Below, one piece after another: positions 1-9,350 of a stretch of DNA of 58,934 nucleotides. The position numbers were made by a program, and so were the translations under genes. The notes beneath the pieces were generated by a model. It saw only the letters and a program-made list of their open reading frames with translations. It was not told the origin of the DNA and did not search any database. This stretch comes from an uncultured archaeon (GTDB lineage Archaea > Aenigmatarchaeota > Aenigmatarchaeia > QMZP01 > QMZT01): assembly GCA_964447525.1 (NCBI GenBank), contig CAYUSU010000002.1, forward strand, positions 23,362 through 82,295, written 5' to 3'. Positions within the stretch are counted from its first letter, which is position 1; each line of letters opens with the position of its first letter.

Positions 1-53
1 TTTAAAAGAATTCATTCCTATTCTAAACTACCGATAATCTTGGGGTTTTGATC

Positions 54-1553
54 ATGGTGTTCTCGGAAGATGACAGGAAGATTCTGGAAAAGCACGTTAC
101 GAACGTAGACAGCGATATATACGCATTATACAACCTCCCTCCGGAGGTTGTGGCGGTCCTTTTTGCATACGTCTCACGTTCGCCCGCCAGCTTCAAGGAT
201 AACCTTCTCAAACTGATCAAAAACAAGGATCTGGATATGGGCGAGCTAATAACCACGTTCCGTGACAAAGGGAATGAGTTCGAAGAAGCCAGGCGAAAGG
301 CGAAGGAATTCCACGAGAAATGGGTCGTAGGGTACGGCCACTCGAGTGTTGCTGAACACGCTTTTGCAAGCATAGCCATCGAGAACGTCTCCATCCTTGC
401 TACCAAGGTGATCGAGGATAATCGTCTCGCCTCATACACCGAGAAATCAACAAGATATCAGGTATTCGATCGTAATCGCTACTACAAGCCATCCAGGCTC
501 ATGAATTCTGATCAGGGTAAAAGATACGAGGACTTCGTTAATTCTCTATTCGATTTTTACACCGAAAACATGCCTAAAATGATGGAATTCGTGAGATCAA
601 AACATCCGATGCCGGAAGGAATGAGTGAACGTCTTTATGATTCAATTTCAAATGCAAGAGCTTGTGATGTTATGAGATATGCCCTTCCTGCCGCAACGCT
701 GACTAATCTGGGAATGACAATAAACGCACGTGCTCTTGAGCATGCGATACTCAAGCTGTTATCACATCCGCTGGAAGAAATGAACAATATCGGGACCAGT
801 ATGAAAGAGGAGGTCACTAAGATCATTCCTACATTAGTCAAATACGCTGACAGGAACGAATACATCACGGAAACGAACCAATCCATGCAATACCTTTCGA
901 ATAACGGCCATTCGGATGACCAGAAGCCTGTGTCGCTGGTCGAATATGATCAGGAAGCGGAAAACAAGCTGATAGCATCCATACTTTACCGCTATTCAGA
1001 GAAACCTTATGAACAAATAAAGAAGGAAGTCGAATCGATGGGAACCGAGGAGAAAGCGAAGGTAATGGACGGATTCCTCGGAAAGATGGGAAAACATGAC
1101 ATCCCCATGAGGGAACTGGAGCACGTTTATTACACCTTCGATATTCTGGTGGATTATGGAGCGTTCCGTGACATTCAGCGCCATCGCATGTGTACGCAGA
1201 CCAACCAGGATCTTACCACGAGGCTCGGTTATTCGATACCGAAAGAGATGGAAGAAACCGGTCTCAGGGATCAATACGTTGAACTGATGGAGAAAGCGAA
1301 AGAGACGTTCGAGGAGATCTCCAAGGAATTCCCGAAGGAGGCCCAGTATCTGGTCCCTCTCGCCTTTAAGAAGCGTACACTGTTCACATGGAACCTAAGG
1401 GAGTTATTCTGGTTCATTCGCCTGCGTTCGGGGAAGGAGGGACACGAATCCTACCGAAAGATCGCCTGCCAGGTATATGATGAACTAGAGAGAGTGCACC
1501 CACTACTGGCGAAATACATAACGGTAGAAAGAATGGACGGACCGGCGAGATAG
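54..1553 (+). CDS. thyX: ThyX-family FAD-dependent thymidylate synthase, long two-unit form
   Basis: The track ORF 48..1553 opens with TTG and the first ATG is at 54. The C-terminal unit has the ThyX signature (AFRDIQRHRMCTQ, then NLRELFWFIRLRS). The N-terminal unit is a degenerate copy (SSVAEHAFASIAIENVS ... EDNRLASYTEKSTRY, with RHR replaced by DNR). Confidence 0.75.
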   Translation: MVFSEDDRKILEKHVTNVDSDIYALYNLPPEVVAVLFAYVSRSPASFKDNLLKLIKNKDLDMGELITTFRDKGNEFEEARRKAKEFHEKWVVGYGHSSVAEHAFASIAIENVSILATKVIEDNRLASYTEKSTRYQVFDRNRYYKPSRLMNSDQGKRYEDFVNSLFDFYTENMPKMMEFVRSKHPMPEGMSERLYDSISNARACDVMRYALPAATLTNLGMTINARALEHAILKLLSHPLEEMNNIGTSMKEEVTKIIPTLVKYADRNEYITETNQSMQYLSNNGHSDDQKPVSLVEYDQEAENKLIASILYRYSEKPYEQIKKEVESMGTEEKAKVMDGFLGKMGKHDIPMRELEHVYYTFDILVDYGAFRDIQRHRMCTQTNQDLTTRLGYSIPKEMEETGLRDQYVELMEKAKETFEEISKEFPKEAQYLVPLAFKKRTLFTWNLRELFWFIRLRSGKEGHESYRKIACQVYDELERVHPLLAKYITVERMDGPAR

Positions 1554-2204
1554 CTATTTCTCTATTATTTCAATAATCTCTTCCGGACTGTCGGCGAAAT
1601 GGATGAGTCCCATGTCTTTCTCGTCATTTATCAGGAAATCCTCTTTCAGGGGATTGTTTTTCAGCCATTCGAAAAGTCCCTGCCAGTATTTCCTGTTCAC
1701 GCATATTATAGGGACTGTGTCCACGATGCCTGTCTGCATGAGGACGAGATACTCAAAGAGTTCGTTGAGTGCCCCGAAACCACCCGGATAGAATATAAGA
1801 GCTTCACTTTTTATCGACATTATGAATCTCCTCACGAACATGAAATGGAATGACATCTCGTCGGTGAAGATGGGATCATTGACTTTTTCGCCTTTTAGAA
1901 GCTCTGCTTTGAGTCCGATAGAAGGAGCGCCTGCCTCTTTCGCTCCGGAATTTGCGGCGTGCATTATACCTGGACCACCACCGCTGATTATCGCATATCC
2001 TTTCTTTCCGAGTTCTTTCGCGGTCTTTTTACAGTGTTCGTAGTACCTGTTATCCGGTTTTACCCGATGTGAACCGAATATCGTGATTATCTTTTTGTCA
2101 ACCTTGTTCAGAAGCGAAAGGCCATCGTTTATCTCTTCCCTGACCTTGCTGACAGTCCATTCGGTATTAGAGTAATATTCTGTGTTCTTGTGCATATGTG
2201 TCAT
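1554..2204 (-). CDS. LOG / TIGR00730-family Rossmann-fold protein (lysine-decarboxylase-like)
   Basis: GGGPGIMHAANSGA and PGGFGALNELFE motifs are typical of the LOG family. The track start at 2213 is GTG. The ATG at 2204 lies 2 nt after the Rpp29 stop. Confidence 0.85.
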   Translation of the reverse strand: MTHMHKNTEYYSNTEWTVSKVREEINDGLSLLNKVDKKIITIFGSHRVKPDNRYYEHCKKTAKELGKKGYAIISGGGPGIMHAANSGAKEAGAPSIGLKAELLKGEKVNDPIFTDEMSFHFMFVRRFIMSIKSEALIFYPGGFGALNELFEYLVLMQTGIVDTVPIICVNRKYWQGLFEWLKNNPLKEDFLINDEKDMGLIHFADSPEEIIEIIEK

Positions 2205-2206
2205 GT

Positions 2207-2488
2207 TTACCACTTCCTGAATTTCTTCTTGATCCGATCCTCTGGCCGTGAGACGAGGATGTTACCGTCTATTATGACCTTTGTCTTGTCCGGCAGGGTA
2301 AAAACAAACGTACAATCGTCTTTGGATAGGGTGATCTCCTTCTTGTCGGTTTTCTCGATAATGAAGGTGTTCCTGGTCTCGTTGATCACTTTCCCGCGGA
2401 TACCGATTGATTTGGGGTTGGATGATTCTTTCACTTCGATCTTCAGTCCAATCAGTTCATGACGGACTATGTTTTCAGGCGTGATCAT
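2207..2488 (-). CDS. rnp1: RNase P protein component 1 (Rpp29/Pop4)
   Basis: 93 aa. HELIGLKIEVKESSNPKSIGIRGKVINETRNTFIIE matches the Rpp29 barrel. It sits in the conserved archaeal position downstream of rpl29/sui1. Confidence 0.8.
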   Translation of the reverse strand: MITPENIVRHELIGLKIEVKESSNPKSIGIRGKVINETRNTFIIEKTDKKEITLSKDDCTFVFTLPDKTKVIIDGNILVSRPEDRIKKKFRKW

Positions 2489-2545
2489 AGAAATATCTTG
2501 ATAACTGTATTAAAAACGCTTCCTTTCACACTACGGTCCTGAACC

Positions 2546-2851
2546 TCAGAGCACTTCGATGTTCTCTTCCGGGAATCCGAGCTTGACAAGTATGTCTTTG
2601 ATCCTTCTCCTGTGGTCACCCTGAAGTTCGATCACATCGCCTTTAAGGGTTCCACCACACGCAAGCTTGTTTTTCAGCTGTTTCATGATATCTTTCAGGT
2701 CAATTTCCTTGCTGATCCCAGAAATTAGTGTTATGTGTTTTCCGTATCTCTTTCGGTCGTGGCTGACGCGTATCTTTTCCTCTTCTTTAGCGACGATGTC
2801 GCATACGCATATGCTCTTGTCAAGACCGCATTTTTTACAGATTTCGCTCAT
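2546..2851 (-). CDS. sui1: translation initiation factor aSUI1 (eIF1 homologue)
   Basis: 101 aa with an N-terminal Cys knuckle (CKKCGLDKSICVC) and the SUI1 core KLACGGTLKGDVIELQGDHR. Confidence 0.9.
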   Translation of the reverse strand: MSEICKKCGLDKSICVCDIVAKEEEKIRVSHDRKRYGKHITLISGISKEIDLKDIMKQLKNKLACGGTLKGDVIELQGDHRRRIKDILVKLGFPEENIEVL

Positions 2852-2918
2852 CTCTTGAACTCACCCTCCGTTTTAAAAAAAGAATTTCTCTCTCGTGCGG
2901 GAATGGAATATGTCATTT

Positions 2919-3119
2919 TCACTTCTTTTCCCCTTTTACCGTAAGTATCCTCGCTATCGTTCTCCGAATCTCTTTTATCCTTCCCGGAGATATCACAGAA
3001 GCGCCTATGTGGATGTTGGCCTTTTCTTTGCTCATCTCCAGCCTCATCTCTTTCATATGCTTCCCCATCTCCTTCTCGTCCATTTTTCTGATATCCTTCA
3101 TTCGGAGTATGGCCATCAT
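2919..3119 (-). CDS. rpl29: 50S ribosomal protein uL29
   Basis: 66 aa, MAILRMKDIRKMDEKEM...RIKEIRRTIARILTV. There is a 4-nt overlap with the rps3 stop. Confidence 0.9.
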   Translation of the reverse strand: MMAILRMKDIRKMDEKEMGKHMKEMRLEMSKEKANIHIGASVISPGRIKEIRRTIARILTVKGEKK

Positions 3120-3772
3120 TTATCACTTTTTTCTGTTTTATTTTTCGTTTCCTTCTTTTTATCCGTTTTTTTCTCTTCCTGCGGAATGTCCTCGGCGATA
3201 ATAGGCGCTTTCATCATTATTTTTACCTTTATCCCGATCTTTCCCGGTCTCGTGCTCGCTTCCTTGAATCCGTGATTCACGAGTTCCTTTGCCGGTTGTC
3301 CGCAGTGTTTCAGGTAACCATCATTGAATTTTCCCATTCGCCCCTTGGAACCGCCGAGCTTTCCGGCCACTATTATTTCACAGCCAATCGCTCCGGCGCC
3401 CATTACCCTCTTGAGCATCACGTTTCCGATTTTCTTGTAGTTGTATCCGCTTTCCAATGCCGTGGCGATCTTTTTTGCCACTATGTTTGCGTCCAGATCG
3501 GCGGAGCGTATGCTCTTTACATCGATCTGTGGATTTTCAAGCTTGAACTCGGTCTTTAGTACGTCAGTCATTTCGTTTATCTTTCTCCCGCCTGCACCGA
3601 TTATTCTTCCCGGCCTGTCCGTATAAATTACGATTTTCACTCCAAGAGGGGTTCTCTCCAGTTCGATATCGGAATAGTTTTCGTTCGGGAAATTCTTACG
3701 GATGAAATCCTCTATTTGCATTTTCCTTGTGCTGTAATTCACGAAGAAGTTTTTCAGTAACATATCAATCAT
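3116..3772 (-). CDS. rps3: 30S ribosomal protein uS3
   Basis: 218 aa with a KH domain (GVKIVIYTDRPGRIIGAGGRKINEMT) plus the uS3 C-domain and a Lys-rich C-terminal tail. Overlaps the rpl22 stop. Confidence 0.9.
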   Translation of the reverse strand: MIDMLLKNFFVNYSTRKMQIEDFIRKNFPNENYSDIELERTPLGVKIVIYTDRPGRIIGAGGRKINEMTDVLKTEFKLENPQIDVKSIRSADLDANIVAKKIATALESGYNYKKIGNVMLKRVMGAGAIGCEIIVAGKLGGSKGRMGKFNDGYLKHCGQPAKELVNHGFKEASTRPGKIGIKVKIMMKAPIIAEDIPQEEKKTDKKKETKNKTEKSDK

Positions 3773-4152
3773 TTCTGAATGAGGACAACCTGTACGTTGG
3801 TCATCTTCCTTCTCATCCCCCTTAATTTCAGTCTTCTCGGCCTCATGAAACCGAAACCTTTGTGAGCCGAAGCGTAAATAATCATCCTGCTGGTATCCAG
3901 CCCCTTGAATTCAGCATTCGCTTCCGCAGAGCCTAACAATGAAAGGATTTCCTTTGTCGTGTTGGTATAATACTTGCCATTGAGACTCCTTTTCTTTAAC
4001 ATTATATCCTGAAGGAGAATCTTCCCTTTCTGAAGGTTTTTCTTGCTTATCGCCTTGCATACAGTCACTGAACTCTTTGTCGATATTCTAAGGGCTCTCC
4101 CGTAGACCTTTGCCGACTTCTTCGGGTTCAGTTTTAATGCGTATTGATCCAT
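3769..4152 (-). CDS. rpl22: 50S ribosomal protein uL22
   Basis: 127 aa, KSAKVYGRALRISTKSSVTVCKAI. It lies in the conserved slot between rps19 and rps3. Confidence 0.85.
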   Translation of the reverse strand: MDQYALKLNPKKSAKVYGRALRISTKSSVTVCKAISKKNLQKGKILLQDIMLKKRSLNGKYYTNTTKEILSLLGSAEANAEFKGLDTSRMIIYASAHKGFGFMRPRRLKLRGMRRKMTNVQVVLIQK

Positions 4153-4161
4153 TTATCCACC

Positions 4162-4548
4162 TTACTTCAGGGGCACGAACTTGCTTGATCTCGTTGCACC
4201 GAAACCAGGAGATGAATGTTGTACTCTTTTCCTCGTAGCGGCGAACTCGCCAAGCCTGTGCCCGAGCATCTCGGGTGATATTTCGAGAGCCACATATTCC
4301 TTCCCGTTGTGAACCCCGATCCTTTTCCCGAGCATTTCCGGAAGTATGATCATTTCCCTGCACGTGGTCTTGTGGAACTTTTCAGGCTTATCCCTTATTT
4401 TACCGAGGAACTTTTTCTGGGTTTCCGTCAGTCCCCTTGTTAGTGATCTCCTCATCCTGGAAGGGAGCATCTTGGAGAATTCATCTATGCTCATCTCCTT
4501 TATTTCTTCAAGGCCCTTTTTCCTGTAATTGAATTCTGCCATAATCAT
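4162..4548 (-). CDS. rps19: 30S ribosomal protein uS19
   Basis: [28 protein letters not shown] core. The track start at 4551 is GTG. The ATG at 4548 overlaps the rpl2 stop by 1 nt. Confidence 0.9.
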   Translation of the reverse strand: MIMAEFNYRKKGLEEIKEMSIDEFSKMLPSRMRRSLTRGLTETQKKFLGKIRDKPEKFHKTTCREMIILPEMLGKRIGVHNGKEYVALEISPEMLGHRLGEFAATRKRVQHSSPGFGATRSSKFVPLK

Positions 4549-5222
4549 CACTTCCTTTTACCCTTTTTATATCCTGTTCTCTTGGCTCCCCATGAACCTA
4601 CCTTTGCTCCGGGTGGAGCGTGCTTGCTTACGGTAGTCGGTTTACCTGGTTTTGTCGGACCTCCGAAAGGATGGTCAACCGCGTTCATGGCCACGCCAGA
4701 TGTTCTTGGGTATAATTTCCCTCTCCTGTGCATGGCTATCCACTTCTTCCCTGCCTTCAGAAATGGTTTTTCTTGCTGTCCCCCACCTGCCGGAATGCCG
4801 ATGCTTGTCCTGCATTCTGCGTGAAGGGTTTTCTTCTGTTTTGAAGGCATCTGTATCACGCATTTCTTGCCGGCCTTGGATATCAGTGTCCCGAATGATC
4901 CGGATGTCCTGCACAATTTGGGGCCTGAATTGGGTGAGGACTCTATCGCAAAGACTGAAGTCCCTACCGGAGTGTTTGCGAGTGTGGATACAAATGATGA
5001 ATCATCACCTGTCTTGATTCCCAGAGGAGCTAATAGATAAGAATTACTACCGTCAGAATAACGGATTTTTGCTACGGGTGTGTTCCTCTTGGGATCGTTT
5101 ATTATGTCGACTACCTTTCCCTGAAGGTTTTTGTAGAGGATACTGATCTTTAGTCGCTTTTTTGGAGACCTGTAAGTAGGAGTTCCTCTTCCCCTTCTCT
5201 GCGATCTTAGTCGTCTTCCCAT
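4548..5222 (-). CDS. rpl2: 50S ribosomal protein uL2
   Basis: 224 aa with the [22 protein letters not shown] motif and an RRGRGT N-terminus. Confidence 0.95.
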   Translation of the reverse strand: MGRRLRSQRRGRGTPTYRSPKKRLKISILYKNLQGKVVDIINDPKRNTPVAKIRYSDGSNSYLLAPLGIKTGDDSSFVSTLANTPVGTSVFAIESSPNSGPKLCRTSGSFGTLISKAGKKCVIQMPSKQKKTLHAECRTSIGIPAGGGQQEKPFLKAGKKWIAMHRRGKLYPRTSGVAMNAVDHPFGGPTKPGKPTTVSKHAPPGAKVGSWGAKRTGYKKGKRK

Positions 5223-5237
5223 AATATTTTACCTGTA

Positions 5238-5543
5238 TTATATCATACCGAGTTTCGACGCAACGTCCGCGGCCGAAAACTCTGGGTTTAATTTAACGTA
5301 AGCTTTTTTATATCCTTTCCGGCTGATCTCGGTTTTTACATATTCGACCTTTACTTCGAATTCTTTCTCAACCGCTTCTTTTATTGTTGTCTTCGTTGCT
5401 TTCCTGTTAACTATGAATACGAGTTTGTTCTCCATCTCTACCATGTTCATGGATTTTTCCGTCAGATGGGGATAAACGATAACACTCCACGGATCAATCC
5501 CCTTCGTCTCGGGTTTTGGTTTACTCTTTTTCTTTTCCGTCAT
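5238..5543 (-). CDS. rpl23: 50S ribosomal protein uL23
   Basis: 101 aa, VIVYPHLTEKSMNMVEMENKLVFIV ... KKAYVKL. It lies between rpl4 and rpl2. Confidence 0.85.
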   Translation of the reverse strand: MTEKKKSKPKPETKGIDPWSVIVYPHLTEKSMNMVEMENKLVFIVNRKATKTTIKEAVEKEFEVKVEYVKTEISRKGYKKAYVKLNPEFSAADVASKLGMI

Positions 5544-6339
5544 TCTTTACCTCTTTCTTTTTTCCGAATTCCGTGATTGCGGTTTTGGACCATATCGTCA
5601 TCCTTCCGGGCTGTGTTCCGGGCGCAAGAAGCTCGGCTGTAAGCTCGCTGGCTTTTGCAACATCGATTCCCGGAATTCCCTTAGCGGCTTTTTCTATTCC
5701 TTTATCATCATTAAATATTATCAGAGGACCCTTCCTTTTTTTATACTTCCTTCCCCTCGTTTTCCCCCTTCCTGATCTTACCTTCTTTTCCGAACATCTG
5801 TCCAGTTCGTCTTTTAATCCGATGCTCAAAAGAAGGGAAACCACTTCCTTGGTTTTCTTGATGCCTTCGAACGTATCCTCGAAGACCAGCGGAACAATAA
5901 TGTCTTTTGTTCTGTGCCTTTTCGAAACGAGATCCTTGTCAGCTGAGGCAGCGACGGCCGAATTGAGAGCCTTTTTCCATTCCTTCCTGTTTATCTTGAG
6001 GTCCCATATCTTTTCGGCTTTCGGTGGGTGGGCTTTCCGTCCTTTTCTCGCATAGGGCTCGATCCTTGCGGTAAGATTGAGGAATCCTGAATTATGGATC
6101 CTTCTCATCCTTGACATTTCCCTGTTCATCATGCTGTGCTTTATGCCTCGCCTTCCGTGGTAATGAGCAGAGCTTCTCTGTCCCGCTAACGGATCAGCAC
6201 CATAGCTCTGTCTTTTCCAGCTTCGTTCAGCCAGAACAGCCCTTTTTATCAGGTCTGCCCTGACCTTTTCCTGGAATGCCTTCGGAAGGCTGACCTTGCC
6301 TTTTTCCTTCCCATTCATATCGTATACGTTTACCTGCAT
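5521..6339 (-). CDS. rpl4: 50S ribosomal protein uL4
   Basis: 272 aa, GQRSSAHYHGRRGIKHSMMNREMSRMRRI and SGRGKTRGRKYKKRKGPLII. It heads the collinear r-protein run. Confidence 0.9.
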   Translation of the reverse strand: MQVNVYDMNGKEKGKVSLPKAFQEKVRADLIKRAVLAERSWKRQSYGADPLAGQRSSAHYHGRRGIKHSMMNREMSRMRRIHNSGFLNLTARIEPYARKGRKAHPPKAEKIWDLKINRKEWKKALNSAVAASADKDLVSKRHRTKDIIVPLVFEDTFEGIKKTKEVVSLLLSIGLKDELDRCSEKKVRSGRGKTRGRKYKKRKGPLIIFNDDKGIEKAAKGIPGIDVAKASELTAELLAPGTQPGRMTIWSKTAITEFGKKKEVKNDGKEKE

Positions 6340-6456
6340 TTTGATCGTCCTGTATAGTTAAACGAATTATACTATTAAACTTATTAATATTTAAGCGTTT
6401 TTATAAATCCCTCGCCTGGAAATTGCGTTTATTAATCAATTTCACCAAATCTAAAT

Positions 6457-6696
6457 ATGACTCTTAAAGGGGAAGAGGAATCCCATAAAACCAAGCAACC
6501 GTGGAGGGTGAAAGCCATTGTTCTGATCGGTTTCGCAATAATATTCACCCTTCTGATATATGCAATCTCGTATCTTTTACATACGGGGGATAATCCACTG
6601 TTAATGATAGTCCTGATAATAGTTACAATCGTGCTGATTCCGATCACGATATTTTCGATTGATACTGCATTCTATCATTACGGTTGGAACGGGTGA
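6457..6696 (+). CDS. small two-TM membrane protein (tandem paralogue 1)
   Basis: 79 aa with two hydrophobic spans. The C-terminal IPITIFSIDTAFY motif is mirrored in the next ORF. Confidence 0.45.
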   Translation: MTLKGEEESHKTKQPWRVKAIVLIGFAIIFTLLIYAISYLLHTGDNPLLMIVLIIVTIVLIPITIFSIDTAFYHYGWNG

Positions 6697-6700
6697 TCGA

Positions 6701-6922
6701 ATGAAAACCAACATATGGCCAATGGGAATGAAGTTCGGGTGGAGAACAAGGATGATGGTCACGTTTTCCATACTGATAATATTCATCCTTCTTTTAGCGA
6801 TCCTGTTCCTGGTTACCCAGCAGGAAATCGGAATCCTATTGGCCGGACTGGTCATTCTTCTGATAATCATACTCGTGCCCTTAGCCGCTTTCTCGATGGA
6901 CGCGGTATACCAGCCTAGATAG
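6701..6922 (+). CDS. small two-TM membrane protein (tandem paralogue 2)
   Basis: The ATG at 6701 lies 5 nt after the previous stop. Architecture is the same, with VPLAAFSMDAVYQ at the C-terminus. Confidence 0.45.
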   Translation: MKTNIWPMGMKFGWRTRMMVTFSILIIFILLLAILFLVTQQEIGILLAGLVILLIIILVPLAAFSMDAVYQPR

Positions 6923-6924
6923 AA

Positions 6925-7635
6925 TCAGAATTTTTCGAGATATTCCTCTTCCGAAAAATGGAGATCTCCCGGTATAATGATCACTGCCGGAGGCGGGAGA
7001 TTTGTCTCCTTCCCATAAACAATCATTTCTTTGTCTGATCCCAGTTTCGAGCATATGACCATCTTTTTCCCTTTCAATATGCCACCCTTGTCTCCGTCTA
7101 TCCTCTTCAGGATTTCCATCGCTTTTTTCGTTCCCATCTCAATGTCCAGTAGCAGCAAAGAATGCAATCCATTTTCCAGATTCTTTCTGATCATTTCATA
7201 GAACGAATCCGGGCTGTAGTTCTCCTTCGGCGACGGGATCGTGACCACCCTGCCGAATTTGTAAAGTTGGAGTCCGGTCCTCCCGATAACCGTGAGAATT
7301 GAAGAAGAGTGAACCACTTGGAAGGGAATGCCTTCCCTTTTCGCCTCGTCAAGTAGATGCAGATGGGTCGTCGCAACCAGCGGATCGCCCGGAACCAGAA
7401 GAACGATGTCCTTGGCTTTCGCCTTCTCCAGAAACACGCCGGAATCGTTTTCCACGTCCTTCCTCTCCACTATTCCGATCTCCTTCCCTATCATCTTACC
7501 CAGCTTTCCCAGCGAACCGCCCCATGCCGCTGTATATAATTCGCAGTAAACATCATCCACTTTTTTGCATATCTCTAACCCTTTGACGGAGATGTCTTTC
7601 TCGTCCCATATTCCAAGTCCGATCAGATAAAGCAT
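6925..7635 (-). CDS. dph5: diphthine synthase
   Basis: MLYLIGLGIWDEKDISVKGLE N-terminus and VPGDPLVATTH of the tetrapyrrole-methylase fold. The size of 236 aa is typical. Confidence 0.9.
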   Translation of the reverse strand: MLYLIGLGIWDEKDISVKGLEICKKVDDVYCELYTAAWGGSLGKLGKMIGKEIGIVERKDVENDSGVFLEKAKAKDIVLLVPGDPLVATTHLHLLDEAKREGIPFQVVHSSSILTVIGRTGLQLYKFGRVVTIPSPKENYSPDSFYEMIRKNLENGLHSLLLLDIEMGTKKAMEILKRIDGDKGGILKGKKMVICSKLGSDKEMIVYGKETNLPPPAVIIIPGDLHFSEEEYLEKF

Positions 7636-7689
7636 GAATAAAGATGATTATTCTGGTTTAAATTTAAGTTTTCCATCCAATCCTTTGGT

Positions 7690-8958
7690 ATGGACGACAT
7701 GTTCATGGCCACCGTGGGCGGAGACATGGGCTTCGAGCTGGGAGACTTCGCCAAGAAATCAGAAGGAAAGAAATCCTACCTGACATGGCACATTGAAGAA
7801 GGCGGCGGATCGATCAATTCCACCCCGGTAATTCGCGGACCTCATGTATATATCGCCGCCATGGACGGATATCTCTACAAACTCGACAAAGAGAGTGGTA
7901 AAGAGGTATGGAAATTCAAAGCCGGTGGCATGTTTTCGGATTCTTATCCGGTTTTCAGCAACGGACTCATATTTCTCGGATCATATGATCATAATTTTTA
8001 CGCAATCGATGAGGAGAGTGGAACGGAGGTTTGGAGATTCCAGTCCGGCGGGAAGATAGACGGGTCATCGGGACTTTTGATCGATGGTATGGTCATTTTC
8101 ACATCCAGGGATTACTACGTCTATTCGCTGGATCAGAAAACCGGAAAAATGATTTGGGCTTTCCGCACCGGTGGATGGTCTTGTTCCTGCCCCACTGAAC
8201 ATGACGGAAGAATACTGGTTGGGTCTTCAGACGGAAACATGTACTGCCTTTCTAAAGAAGGGAAGGAGCTATGGAGATTCCAGACAGGAGGCAACATCTT
8301 CTCCCAGAACACATTCTGTATGCATGAAGGGATTGTTTACTTCGGATCCGATGATTCAATAATATACGGGGTCAGGATAACTGACGGGCAGGAGGTCTGG
8401 AGATTCAAAACAGGCGGGTATGTGAATGTTGTACCAATAATTCATGACGGGGCTTTATTCGTTGTTGGTAACGATTCAATCTTTTATTCGATAGATTTGT
8501 TAACAAAAAGAGCTGTTTGGCAATTCAAGACTGGTAGCAAAAAAGATTCCGGATCAACAGCGATAATAATTGGATCCAATGTAATTTTTGGTTCGGCTGA
8601 CAGCAACGTATATTGTCTCGAATCAAAGACAGGAAAGGAGATATGGAGATACAAAACTGATGGTCACATATTCGGAAAGCCTGTACTGGATGACGGTAGA
8701 ATATACGTCGGTTCTTATGATTGCCATTTGCACTGCATAACCACGGACGGAAAACTTCTTTGGTTATTCCAAACATCCACTCTGAACCCGAACAAATACG
8801 AATACGAGAGTGAATCGGTCTTTGAGTTCAAACCCCCAGAGATCAAAGAAACCTTCGAAGAGGAGAAGGAAAAATACTCTTCCCACGAGACCAGCGTCAC
8901 ACACGAATCAACCTATTCGGTTCAGAGTGAATACGTTACGAAAAGCGAATATGCATAG
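7690..8958 (+). CDS. PQQ-like beta-propeller repeat protein
   Basis: Repeated ~40-aa blades of the form G.E.W[RK]F[KQ][TA]GG ... Y[AC][IL][DS]. No obvious signal peptide. Confidence 0.75.
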   Translation: MDDMFMATVGGDMGFELGDFAKKSEGKKSYLTWHIEEGGGSINSTPVIRGPHVYIAAMDGYLYKLDKESGKEVWKFKAGGMFSDSYPVFSNGLIFLGSYDHNFYAIDEESGTEVWRFQSGGKIDGSSGLLIDGMVIFTSRDYYVYSLDQKTGKMIWAFRTGGWSCSCPTEHDGRILVGSSDGNMYCLSKEGKELWRFQTGGNIFSQNTFCMHEGIVYFGSDDSIIYGVRITDGQEVWRFKTGGYVNVVPIIHDGALFVVGNDSIFYSIDLLTKRAVWQFKTGSKKDSGSTAIIIGSNVIFGSADSNVYCLESKTGKEIWRYKTDGHIFGKPVLDDGRIYVGSYDCHLHCITTDGKLLWLFQTSTLNPNKYEYESESVFEFKPPEIKETFEEEKEKYSSHETSVTHESTYSVQSEYVTKSEYA

Positions 8959-9035
8959 AGCTAAAAATCCTTTTTTAGGAACCCTTTAAATAACTTGCAA
9001 ATAATGGTTAGTCATTAAGTTTTATGTGATAAAAT

Positions 9036-9350
9036 ATGCCACAATCAACTCCTCCGCAGGATACGACCGCAACAACAGGTTCTCAGTACTTGCTCAATCC
9101 TCCGGCCGTGGTAAGAGTGATCGAGGATAGCACTCAACATGAACTTCCGGTTTTAACGAGTGTGAAAAAATCAATTGATGTCATTAAAGAAGGTCAGCAA
9201 TGGATGGTCCAGCGGGACGGGGGTTTCGGACAAGGAAGCAGGAGCGCTATAAGACAATTGAACAAATATCTTGATGTGAAATTCCGGACTTATGAAAATG
9301 GCGGATGCTCAGTTCTTTCTGCAGGATTTACATACAGAATAAAAAAGTAA
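9036..9350 (+). CDS. hypothetical protein sharing an N-terminal module with 11286..11978
   Basis: 104 aa. QSTPPQDTTATTGSQYLLNPPAVVRVIEDS aligns by eye with QSPQGTTQQIANQNVNPKYAEVRIIDDV of the 230-aa ORF. Confidence 0.4.
   Translation: MPQSTPPQDTTATTGSQYLLNPPAVVRVIEDSTQHELPVLTSVKKSIDVIKEGQQWMVQRDGGFGQGSRSAIRQLNKYLDVKFRTYENGGCSVLSAGFTYRIKK

Noticed and set aside
2848-3126. A 92-aa ORF spanning the sui1-rpl29 junction.
   Set aside because: It is an alternative frame over rpl29. The translation is Arg/Gly/Glu-rich without similarity to anything expected, and rpl29 in the other frame is unambiguous.
5516-6055. A long antisense ORF (179 aa) opposite rpl4. Similar shadow ORFs lie at 30155..30826 (opposite pcn), 46662..47327 (opposite ftsY), 52309..52863 (opposite PAC2), 17898..18329, 15011..15514 and 24843..25406.
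   Set aside because: Their low-complexity Ser/Phe/Leu-rich translations mirror well-supported genes on the other strand. No motifs are present. These are typical shadow ORFs.
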